Source: an uncultured Treponemataceae bacterium (GTDB lineage: Bacteria > Spirochaetota > Spirochaetia > Treponematales > Rectinemataceae). From it: a stretch of 64,000 bases of DNA. The notes beneath the pieces are model-generated. The model did no database searches and was not told where the DNA came from. It worked only from the letters and a program-made list of their open reading frames with translations. The position numbers were made by a program, and so were the translations under genes. This document shows, piece by piece, positions 51,770 to 59,779 of this stretch; within the stretch, counting starts at the first letter, position 1, and the number at the start of each line of letters is the position of its first letter. The stretch covers positions 117,196-181,195 of the forward strand of contig CAYOIX010000005.1 of NCBI GenBank assembly GCA_964404145.1. The letters are read 5' to 3'.

Positions 51770-53041
51770 TTAGACCGAGCGTATTGCGTCTATCGGATCC
51801 ATCCTCGCGGCGCTGCGCGAAGGCAGGTAGGCGATGGCCGACGAGACCAGGACCCCCAGGAGGAAAAAGCCGAGCACCTGGACGGGGTGGACTCCCGTAT
51901 GGATCACGTTGTCCATCTGGTAGTCTGTGCCGCCGATGAGCTTCGACACGTCCATTCCCCTCGCGGCGAACAAGGCGTTGATGGCGGTGCCGGCGATGGC
52001 CCCGGCGGCGGAGCCGAAGGCGCCGAGCAGGCTGCCCTCGGCCAGGAAGAGCCCGAGGATCCTGGGCCTGCGCATCCCCATCGACTTGAGTATCCCGATC
52101 TCGCGCTTCCGCTCCAGGACCACCATCATCATGACGTTGGCGATGATGAAGGCGCCGAGGAAGATGAAGATGAGCTCGATCATCGCATACACGCCACTCA
52201 CCATCCGTATCAGGGAGGCAAAGTCGCCGATGCTCGTCCAGCTCCGCACAGACAGCGCTCCCGGCCCCGGCTTGGACCCGGCGACTTCCATTCCGGCCGC
52301 GGCGAGCGCTTTCGCGATCAGAGCGGTCGCCCGGTCCGCCTCGCGCGAGCTTTTGAGCATGACGAGTACCTGCGAGGCGCCTGCTCCCATTCCCAGGAGG
52401 TCCCGGGCGTCTGCGATCGCGACCTGGAAGCTCGCGGCGTCGAAGGATTCCAGTCCCGTCTTGAAAAGTCCCGCTATGCGGAATTTCTTGAAGCCAAGAC
52501 CGTAGTCGGCCTTCTCCGTCATAACCTTGAGGTAGTCGCCTGGCTTCAGGCCTAGGTCGGAGGCCAGCTTCCAGCCCACGATCGCCTCCCCCGGCGAACG
52601 GAGGTAGGAGCCGCCCGGGAGTATGGTCCGGTCGAGCATGAGGAGCCTGCGCTCCCCCTCGGGGTCGCCGCCCATGCCCAGGGCGGCCTTGGTTCCCGTC
52701 GGCCCCGACAGGACGACGCCGAACTGGATCCGCGGCTCGACCTGATCGACGATGCGGCGGAGCGCGGGATAGCCGGAGATGGCTGCGGCGACGGCGCCCG
52801 CGTCGGGGATCGCCGCGTTGGCCGGCATGAAGCGCTCCCGAGCGCGGTAGCGGGAGGTCTCGATGTTGACGTGGCCGGTCTGGTTCTTGGTCACGTTGCG
52901 CGTCATCGACTCGACGATCCCGGATATGAAGCCGTCCGCGAAGACGGCGACGAAGATCGCGAGGAAGACCGAGATCATCGCGAGGAGGCTGCGCCTCCGG
53001 TTGCGCCCGAGATTCCGGAGCGCCATGGCGAAGGAGTTCAT
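51770..53041 (-). CDS. ABC transporter permease, FtsX/MacB/LolC-E family
   Basis: MNSFAMALRNLGRNRRRSLLAMISVFLAIFV..., a large periplasmic loop between TM1 and TM2, and a C-terminal FtsX 3-TM bundle. Confidence 0.85.
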   Translation of the reverse strand: MNSFAMALRNLGRNRRRSLLAMISVFLAIFVAVFADGFISGIVESMTRNVTKNQTGHVNIETSRYRARERFMPANAAIPDAGAVAAAISGYPALRRIVDQVEPRIQFGVVLSGPTGTKAALGMGGDPEGERRLLMLDRTILPGGSYLRSPGEAIVGWKLASDLGLKPGDYLKVMTEKADYGLGFKKFRIAGLFKTGLESFDAASFQVAIADARDLLGMGAGASQVLVMLKSSREADRATALIAKALAAAGMEVAGSKPGPGALSVRSWTSIGDFASLIRMVSGVYAMIELIFIFLGAFIIANVMMMVVLERKREIGILKSMGMRRPRILGLFLAEGSLLGAFGSAAGAIAGTAINALFAARGMDVSKLIGGTDYQMDNVIHTGVHPVQVLGFFLLGVLVSSAIAYLPSRSAARMDPIDAIRSV

Positions 53042-53053
53042 GCTTGCCGCCTC

Positions 53054-54313
53054 CTACTGGAACCTGAGGGCCGAGGTCGGGTTCATCCGCGCGGCCTGCC
53101 GCGCCGGCACCAGGGCCGCGACGAGGGATACGACGACGCCGAATGCGAAGCCGAAGACGATGGCGCCGGCGTTCCATTCGCCGCGCAGCACGCCCGAGAG
53201 AGGCAGGCTGCCGAAGCGGTCCGCCATGGAGGTCAGGTCGAAGCCCTTCGCGATCATGAGGAAGTCGAAGAAGATCCCCAGGGCGACGCCTAGGGCCGAG
53301 CCCACGACGCCCACGGCGAGCCCCTCGAGGAGGAAGAGCCGCGTCACGTCCCGAGGCGTCATCCCGTAGGCTCTGAGCACGCCGATTTCGCGCACGCGTG
53401 AGTAGATGGACATGAGGATCGTGTTGACGATGCCCACGGCCGCGATGAGGAGGACGATGAGGATGAGGACGAAGGAGTACTTAGATTTCGCGTTGCGCAG
53501 CGCGAGGTAGTCCTTGGCGAGCGAGGAGATGGGGTCAACGCGGACGCCGGGGAGGGCCGCGCGGAGCTCCCCGGCCTTCCGGTCCCCCGAGGCCACCGCG
53601 GCGCCCAGGGTCGCGCCCCGCGGCAGCGCCGCGTCGACCTCCGTGATGAGGGGCCCCGCGCCCGCGGCCTGGGCGACCAGGAGCTCCCTCGCGTCGGCGA
53701 GGGACATGAAGAGCCCGGAGTGGTTGATCTCCAAGGCCGGCGTGTCGACGAGGCCGACGATCTCGTACTCGTCGGCGTTGGTCGTATCGCTCACCGTCTG
53801 GGCCGAGACGAGGACCCCGTCCCCGACCTTGAGGCCCAGCTCGTCGGCGAGGGCCGCGCCCATGACCACGGACTTGGGCGTCGAAGGGCCGAGCCATGAA
53901 CCCTGCTTCACAGAGGACGCCACTTTGAAGACGCTCGCATCCCGTCCCGGGTCCACGGCGTCCGCGAGGACGGGGATCGAGTCGTCGTAGTTCGAGAGGC
54001 TCGCGACGAAGCGGATTCGCGGCGTCGCCGCGATCCCGCGCGAGGCGAGGGCGGCGAGGACTGCCTCCCCGTTCGCGAGGGGCTTGTCGAGGGGATTGGC
54101 CGCGATGTCGTCCACGTAGGCCGGGTTCCGGAGCTTGAGCGAGGAGACCGTGTAGGCCTCCATGTTGTCGATGGCCATCCTGTCCATGCCCGCGATGATG
54201 GAATCGAAGGCGATGAAGCAGGAGATGCCGGCCGTCATCACGATGGCCGTTATGATCGTGCGCCGCTTGTGGCGCAGCGTGTTCCGCAGCGCGATCCTCC
54301 AGAGGGTACCCAT
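53054..54313 (-). CDS. ABC transporter permease, FtsX/MacB/LolC-E family
   Basis: MGTLWRIALRNTLRHKRRTIITAIVMTAG... with the same architecture as the neighbouring permease. Confidence 0.85.
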   Translation of the reverse strand: MGTLWRIALRNTLRHKRRTIITAIVMTAGISCFIAFDSIIAGMDRMAIDNMEAYTVSSLKLRNPAYVDDIAANPLDKPLANGEAVLAALASRGIAATPRIRFVASLSNYDDSIPVLADAVDPGRDASVFKVASSVKQGSWLGPSTPKSVVMGAALADELGLKVGDGVLVSAQTVSDTTNADEYEIVGLVDTPALEINHSGLFMSLADARELLVAQAAGAGPLITEVDAALPRGATLGAAVASGDRKAGELRAALPGVRVDPISSLAKDYLALRNAKSKYSFVLILIVLLIAAVGIVNTILMSIYSRVREIGVLRAYGMTPRDVTRLFLLEGLAVGVVGSALGVALGIFFDFLMIAKGFDLTSMADRFGSLPLSGVLRGEWNAGAIVFGFAFGVVVSLVAALVPARQAARMNPTSALRFQ

Positions 54314-54316
54314 GAT

Positions 54317-55012
54317 TCACTTCCTCTCGTCGGAGGTCACGCGGCCGTCCCGGATCGTGACGATCCGGCGCGCGTGCTCCATGACCAGCCTGTCGTGCGT
54401 CGAGAAGACGAAGGTCGTCCCGCGCTCGGCGTTGATCTTGCGCATGAGTTCCACGATCTCCTCGGCCATATGGGAGTCCAGGTTCGCCGTCGGCTCGTCC
54501 GCGAGGACGACGAGCGGCCGCTTCACGAGGGCGCGTGCGATGGCGACACGCTGCTCCTGGCCGCCTGAAAGCTCGCGCGGGTAGCGGTTCTCCTTGCCGG
54601 CGAGGCCCACCGCTGCGATGATCTCCTCGGCCCGCTCCTTCACGTCGCCGTTGTGCAGCCTCCGCTCGATTACGAGGGGCAGCTCGACGTTCTCGCGCAC
54701 GGTGAGCACGGGGATCAGGTTGTAGGACTGGAACACGAAGCTGATCCTGTCCCTGCGGTAGGCCGAGAGGGCTTCCTCGCCGAGCATGCGGAGCTCTTTG
54801 CCATCGTAGACCATGCGGCCCCCGGTCGGCGTGTCGAGGCAGCCCAGGATGTTCAGCAGCGTGGTTTTGCCCGAGCCCGACGGCCCGACGACGGCCAGGT
54901 ACTCCCCGGCCTCGATGTCGAGGTCGACCGAGTCGAGTGCCCGGACTTCGTTGTCGCCTTTCCTGTAGACTTTCGTCACCTTCTCGAGATGCAAAGCAGC
55001 CATGTCAACCAT
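54317..55012 (-). CDS. ABC transporter ATP-binding protein (LolD/MacB-type)
   Basis: GPSGSGKTTLLN, LSGGQEQRVAIARAL, VLADEPT. The start may be ATG 55003, which has better RBS spacing. Confidence 0.9.
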   Translation of the reverse strand: MVDMAALHLEKVTKVYRKGDNEVRALDSVDLDIEAGEYLAVVGPSGSGKTTLLNILGCLDTPTGGRMVYDGKELRMLGEEALSAYRRDRISFVFQSYNLIPVLTVRENVELPLVIERRLHNGDVKERAEEIIAAVGLAGKENRYPRELSGGQEQRVAIARALVKRPLVVLADEPTANLDSHMAEEIVELMRKINAERGTTFVFSTHDRLVMEHARRIVTIRDGRVTSDERK

Positions 55013-55394
55013 CCTTTCGCCGCTCGCCCGCCGGGCTTCCCCGAAGCGATGCGACTATGACTTCCAGCTCGCCGAGATAATCCGAGAGGGCTCGTTGCCC
55101 CTTGGCGGTGAGGGCGACTCCCGTATAGGGCTTGTTCTCCACGAAGCGCTTGTCGATCTGCACGTAGCCGGCCTCCTCCAAGGTCCTCAGCTGCACCGAC
55201 AGATTCCCGGCGCTCATCCGCAGCTCGTCCCTTAGCTCGGTAAAGCCCGTCTGGGCCTTGTCCGACGAGGCGAGGTAGGTCAGGAGCATGAGCCTGGCCC
55301 GCTCGTGTATGACCTTGTCCAAATCCAGGCCCGCGAGGTCGCGGGCGGTGCCCGATGAACCACTACGTTCCCCCCCCGGGTTGGCAGCGCTCAT
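55005..55394 (-). CDS. Winged-helix transcriptional regulator (HTH_34-like)
   Basis: LDKVIHERARLMLLTYLASSDKAQTGFTELRDELRMSAGNLSVQLRTLEEAGYVQIDKRFVENKPYTGVALTAKGQRAL. ATG 55394 overlaps the upstream stop (ATGA). Confidence 0.7.
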   Translation of the reverse strand: MSAANPGGERSGSSGTARDLAGLDLDKVIHERARLMLLTYLASSDKAQTGFTELRDELRMSAGNLSVQLRTLEEAGYVQIDKRFVENKPYTGVALTAKGQRALSDYLGELEVIVASLRGSPAGERRKDG

Positions 55395-56056
55395 GCTGAA
55401 TCGCCTCGGTCCTTGACCGCGAGGCCGACCAACCCGAAGACGAGAAGGTATCCTCCCCAAATGACCTCGGCCCAGACGAAGGGCAAGGCCTCGATAAAGA
55501 AAAGTGAAACCAGGCCCGAGATTAGCGCGTACCAGCCCGCGGCGAGGTACTCGGGACGATCGACTATGAGGCCCATGCTGTTGCTGGGAATGGCGAGGAA
55601 AATCGCGATGCCCGGTGCGATATACCAGGGATGGCCGGCGAGGATCGCGAGAACCGGCACGAGAACCGCGCAAAGCATCGCCGGAACGTTTAGGTGGAGC
55701 CAGGTTCCTCCATATATGCTGCGGATGACGGTCCAGAAGTTAGCGCCTTCCTCGACTTTGCGCGCCTGGCGGGCCAGAAAGCTCCATTTAAGAGACGAGC
55801 CGATAACGAAGAAGAGGGCTAAAAATATCCCCGCCGTGATCTTCCACGCCGCCGGTACCGCGGAAAAGGAGCCCAGCCGCGTCACGAGTATCTGGGTCCC
55901 TGTGCAGAACGCGACTACGAAGAGTCCGAAGGGTATGCTCAGGACTGCGAAGAAGCGACCGGCGACGACCTGCCTGAGAAAGGGATTGTTTCGCCGCACG
56001 GCCCTCTTGAGCTCTTCCACGTCAGCCAGGAGGGTTTCGAGCTCGGACTGGTTCAT
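55391..56056 (-). CDS. Hypothetical polytopic membrane protein (221 aa), first gene of the envelope operon
   Basis: AGGAGA RBS. An N-terminal amphipathic helix followed by about 5 hydrophobic segments. Confidence 0.55.
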   Translation of the reverse strand: MNQSELETLLADVEELKRAVRRNNPFLRQVVAGRFFAVLSIPFGLFVVAFCTGTQILVTRLGSFSAVPAAWKITAGIFLALFFVIGSSLKWSFLARQARKVEEGANFWTVIRSIYGGTWLHLNVPAMLCAVLVPVLAILAGHPWYIAPGIAIFLAIPSNSMGLIVDRPEYLAAGWYALISGLVSLFFIEALPFVWAEVIWGGYLLVFGLVGLAVKDRGDSA

Positions 56057-56067
56057 ATAGTTCTCCT

Positions 56068-56098
56068 GAAAACAAGTTTATACTACAAACTAGTTTTC
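56068..56098. promoter_or_regulatory. Near-perfect inverted repeat GAAAACAAGTTT-N7-AAACTAGTTTTC abutting the SD of the operon's first gene (candidate operator)
   Basis: 11 of 12 arm positions are complementary, read directly. Confidence 0.35.
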
Positions 56099-56259
56099 AT
56101 TTTCATCTAATTCAAAAAAGAGTCAAGCCCTTTGTGCGATATTTGGGTTTTTTCGACATTCCGAGGAGAAGAACGGGCCATTCTTTGGGCCTACCTTGCG
56201 AATTCGAGATTGCGCATGCTACATTCTGGTCCTAGGTCAGGACACAACGAGGCAGATTA

Positions 56260-59205
56260 GTGTTCCTTAAAAGTCTCGAGATTTTTGGATTTAAATCATT
56301 CGCCGATAGAACTTTAATCGAATTCTCCGATGGCATCTCCGCTCTCCTCGGTCCCAACGGCTGCGGCAAGTCCAACGTGGTGGACGCCATAAAATGGGTC
56401 GTCGGAGAGCAATCGGCTCGCAGCCTCCGCGCCGATAGCATGGAAGACGTGATATTCAATGGAACGGAGACGCGCAAGCCTCTTTCCGTCGCCGAGGTGA
56501 CGGTCACTATCTCGAACGAAGACGGTCTCCTCTCGGTCGGAGCCGCCGAGATCGCCATCAAGCGCCGCCTCTACCGCTCAGGGGAAGCCGAGTATTTCAT
56601 CAACGGCGCGCAGGTCAGGCTGAAGGAGCTGCGAGAGCTCTTTTGGGACACGGGCATCGGTAAGTCGGCCTATTCAGTCATGGAGCAAGGCAAGATCGAC
56701 CAGATACTCTCGTCCAAGCCTGAGGACCGACGCTATCTTTTCGAGGAGGCGGCCGGGATAACCAAGCACAAGGTCCGCTCGCGCGAGGCCGAGCAGAAGC
56801 TCGAGAGGACCGAGGAGAATATGCGCCAGGTGGGCGGGGTCCTCGTCGAGGTGAAGCGCAGCCACGACAGTCTCAGGTCCCAGTCCGAGAAGACCCTCAA
56901 GTACCGGGCCCTCCGCGAGGAGACCTTCGCCGCCGAGCTCGACCTCCACCTCCTAAGGCTCAGGCAGTTCGTCCAGGAGAAGGACAGGCGCGACGAGGAG
57001 ATCGCGGGCAAGGCCAGGGAGCGGGACAAAGTCAAGGCCGAGATCGACTCAATCAACACCTCGCTCGAGGAGAACTTCGACGTAGTCAACGGCATGGAGG
57101 CCAAGCTGGTCGAGCACCAGAAGACGGTCTTCGGCCTGGCCGTCGAGGTCAAAGGCAAGCAGGAGCAGCGCAAGCTCCTCTTGTCGCGCGTCGCCGAGTC
57201 CCGGGCCAAGATGGACCAGGCCGCCCTCCGCGCGAAGGCGCTGCGCGAGAGGCTCGAGGGGCTGCGCGAGGACGAGGCCGAGAAACAGGGCGAGCTCTCG
57301 AGCCTCCGCTCGCGCCTGCGCGAGATCGAGAAGAACATCGCCGACTTCGAGGCGGGCATTCGCGCCGCCGAGGCCGGGATCCGCGACAACGATGCTCAGG
57401 CAGGCAAGGCCGAGTCGGACATCGCCGCTCTGGAGGAAGACCGCGCGGATGCGCGGCGAAGGCTCGACGCCATCACCGAGGACATAGTGGCCCAGCTCGA
57501 CGCCAGGCTCAAGGAGTCCGGCTACTCCGGCGCCGAGCGCCGGGCCGCCGAGGAGTCGATAGAGTCGCTCATCGCGGCCATCCAGGCGCGGATATCGGGG
57601 AAGGGGGCGATACTCGAGGACCTGGGCAGGCTTGGCGGAGCCGGAGCGGACGCCGCTTCCGCCTCGGCGCGCGACGCCATCGTCGCGCGCGACGCCATCG
57701 TCGCGAAGGCCGCGGCCGACCTCGCGGAAACGGCGGTCAGGGTCGACGAGCTTCGGCGCCGATACCAGGAGTACAAGAAGACTACGCCCGCCTTCATAGA
57801 CGAGTTCCTCTCGCCCGAGGGCATCATCACCCAAAAAAGAGCCATCGACCGCGAGATCGCGGCCTGCGACGAGGGTGTCGCGGAGCGGCGGAGCCGCATA
57901 GCCTCGCTCCAGCGCGACAGCAAGGTCCTGGGCGAGAAGGTAGACGAGTATCGGCGCACGCTCGAGGACCAGCGCGGCAACCGTATACGCATGCAGACCC
58001 AGGCGTCGGGGGCCGAGGAGGCCCTGGCGCTGCTGCGCAGGGAGATCGTCGGCCAGGAGGGCTACCTCAAGGAGCTCGAGAACGAGGCCTTCCTCGAGGG
58101 CAAACGCCTCCGGGACGGCGAGGAGGAGCTCGGCGGCATCGACGAAGAGATAGCCGACATCGAGAGGCGCGGCCGTGAGCTCTCGGCCGAGCTCGAGCGC
58201 CTCGAGCGGGACATCGCCGTCAGGAACTCGGACCTCTCCAAGAGGCAGGACGACCTCAAGCGGAAGATGGAGAGGCTGGGGCTCCTGCAGGGGGAGCTCG
58301 AGCGGCTTCACCTGGGGCTCGCCCAGACCGAGACCGAGATCCGCAACGTGAAGGAGAATTTCACCGAGCAGTACTCGCGGGACCTCATGGAGTTCGAGTC
58401 GCGGATGTTCGAGCTGCGAACGCCCGTCGCCGAACTGCGCGACGCCCTGTCCGGGCTCAAGCAGAGGCTGAAGGACCTCGGCTCGGTGAATCTCATGGCT
58501 CCCGAGGAATACGCCGAGGTCAAGGAGCGGTACGATTTCCTCTCGGGCCAGCTCGGGGACCTCGAGAAGGCGCGCTCCGACCTGAAGCGGATAACGGACG
58601 AGATACGCGACGAGAGCGCCGCGCTCTTCCTCGACACCTACAACAAGATCAAGAAGAATTTCCACAACATGTTCCGCCGCTTGTTCGGGGGCGGCCGCGG
58701 CGAGCTCAGGCTCGTCGATCCGAGCCACATCCTCGAGTCGGGGATCGAGATTTACGCCCAGCCGCCGGGGAAGAAGCTCGAGGCCATATCTCTGCTCTCC
58801 GGCGGGGAGAAGACATTGACGGCCATAGCGCTGCTCTTCGCGACCTACATGGTCAGGCCATCGCCCTTCTGCTTCCTCGACGAGATCGACGCGGCGCTGG
58901 ACGAGCAGAACGTCGCGCGCTTCGTGAACCTCCTGCGGGAATTCGGGCGGATGAGCCAATTCGTCGTCATCACCCACAACAAGAAGACGGTTACCGGGGC
59001 CAATGCCCTCCTCGGCGTCACGATGGAGGACTCTGGCGTGACCAAGGTGATCGCGGTGAGGCTCGAGCGCTCCGAAGGCAGGCCCGCTTCGCCGCCCGAG
59101 GGCGCGGACGCCCTGCCCGAGGAGGAAGTGGAGTTCGAGGCGGGCAGCGAGCTGCCGCCCGCCCCTCCGCGCGATCCCGTCTCCTCGGGACGGGAAGGGA
59201 GCTGA
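56260..59205 (+). CDS. smc: Chromosome segregation protein SMC
   Basis: GTG start. MFLKSLEIFGFKSFADRTLIEFSDGISALLGPNGCGKSNVVDAIKWVVGEQS, long coiled coils, C-terminal LSGGEKTLTAIALLFA...FCFLDEIDAALD. Confidence 0.95.
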   Translation: MFLKSLEIFGFKSFADRTLIEFSDGISALLGPNGCGKSNVVDAIKWVVGEQSARSLRADSMEDVIFNGTETRKPLSVAEVTVTISNEDGLLSVGAAEIAIKRRLYRSGEAEYFINGAQVRLKELRELFWDTGIGKSAYSVMEQGKIDQILSSKPEDRRYLFEEAAGITKHKVRSREAEQKLERTEENMRQVGGVLVEVKRSHDSLRSQSEKTLKYRALREETFAAELDLHLLRLRQFVQEKDRRDEEIAGKARERDKVKAEIDSINTSLEENFDVVNGMEAKLVEHQKTVFGLAVEVKGKQEQRKLLLSRVAESRAKMDQAALRAKALRERLEGLREDEAEKQGELSSLRSRLREIEKNIADFEAGIRAAEAGIRDNDAQAGKAESDIAALEEDRADARRRLDAITEDIVAQLDARLKESGYSGAERRAAEESIESLIAAIQARISGKGAILEDLGRLGGAGADAASASARDAIVARDAIVAKAAADLAETAVRVDELRRRYQEYKKTTPAFIDEFLSPEGIITQKRAIDREIAACDEGVAERRSRIASLQRDSKVLGEKVDEYRRTLEDQRGNRIRMQTQASGAEEALALLRREIVGQEGYLKELENEAFLEGKRLRDGEEELGGIDEEIADIERRGRELSAELERLERDIAVRNSDLSKRQDDLKRKMERLGLLQGELERLHLGLAQTETEIRNVKENFTEQYSRDLMEFESRMFELRTPVAELRDALSGLKQRLKDLGSVNLMAPEEYAEVKERYDFLSGQLGDLEKARSDLKRITDEIRDESAALFLDTYNKIKKNFHNMFRRLFGGGRGELRLVDPSHILESGIEIYAQPPGKKLEAISLLSGGEKTLTAIALLFATYMVRPSPFCFLDEIDAALDEQNVARFVNLLREFGRMSQFVVITHNKKTVTGANALLGVTMEDSGVTKVIAVRLERSEGRPASPPEGADALPEEEVEFEAGSELPPAPPRDPVSSGREGS
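57669..57704 (+). repeat. Perfect in-frame 18-bp tandem duplication inside smc (encodes ARDAIV twice)
   Basis: gcgcgacgccatcgtcgc occurs twice in tandem, read directly. Confidence 0.9.
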
Positions 59206-59209
59206 GGCC

Positions 59210-59779
59210 ATGGCGCCCAAGAAGGGGGGCTTGGACTCGATCAGGGCCGCGATGGGCGGCATAAGCTCTCGACTGCCCTTTCTCAAGCGACAGGCGAACG
59301 CGCCCGAGCCCTTCTCCGCGATCGAGGACGACACCCCCGTGACCGAGCTCCTGTCGTCGGCCAACGCCGCGCCCGGCATGGTCGAGCGGAAGGGCGGCCG
59401 CGAGAGGACTGATCTGAAGGCCATCGCCGCTTCCGCGCTCGGATCGGCAGTCAAGAGTACGCCGATACTCGTCGCGATCGCGGTCGCGGTGATCTTCCTG
59501 CTGGCTCTGGTAGCCACGGCCGTCGTCGTATCTTCCCCGCCCAAAGCCTCCCAAGCGGCCGCCCCTTTTACTCGGAGCGGAGAGGCCCTCGTCAGGACTT
59601 GGCTTCCTCCGCCTGGAGACCCCCTGGGACCCAGGATGGCGATGGAGCGCGAGGGCCCGGCGAAGTATACGCCCGCCGACGCGGCGAGGCTCGGCATGGA
59701 CCCCGATCCCCGGCTCGCCGCGGGGCTCCGAGTCAAGAACGACGAGGCCATCGAGGATCTCTACGGGACGGTGCCCTGA
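59210..59779 (+). CDS. Hypothetical single-pass membrane protein
   Basis: 189 aa with a central TM segment (STPILVAIAVAVIFLLALVATAVVV). 4-nt gap after smc. Confidence 0.5.
   Translation: MAPKKGGLDSIRAAMGGISSRLPFLKRQANAPEPFSAIEDDTPVTELLSSANAAPGMVERKGGRERTDLKAIAASALGSAVKSTPILVAIAVAVIFLLALVATAVVVSSPPKASQAAAPFTRSGEALVRTWLPPPGDPLGPRMAMEREGPAKYTPADAARLGMDPDPRLAAGLRVKNDEAIEDLYGTVP

Noticed and set aside
57049-59751. 900-aa minus-strand ORF antisense to smc
   Set aside because: It is a mirror ORF of a Glu/Leu/Arg-rich coiled-coil gene, with low-complexity translation. SMC itself is unambiguous.
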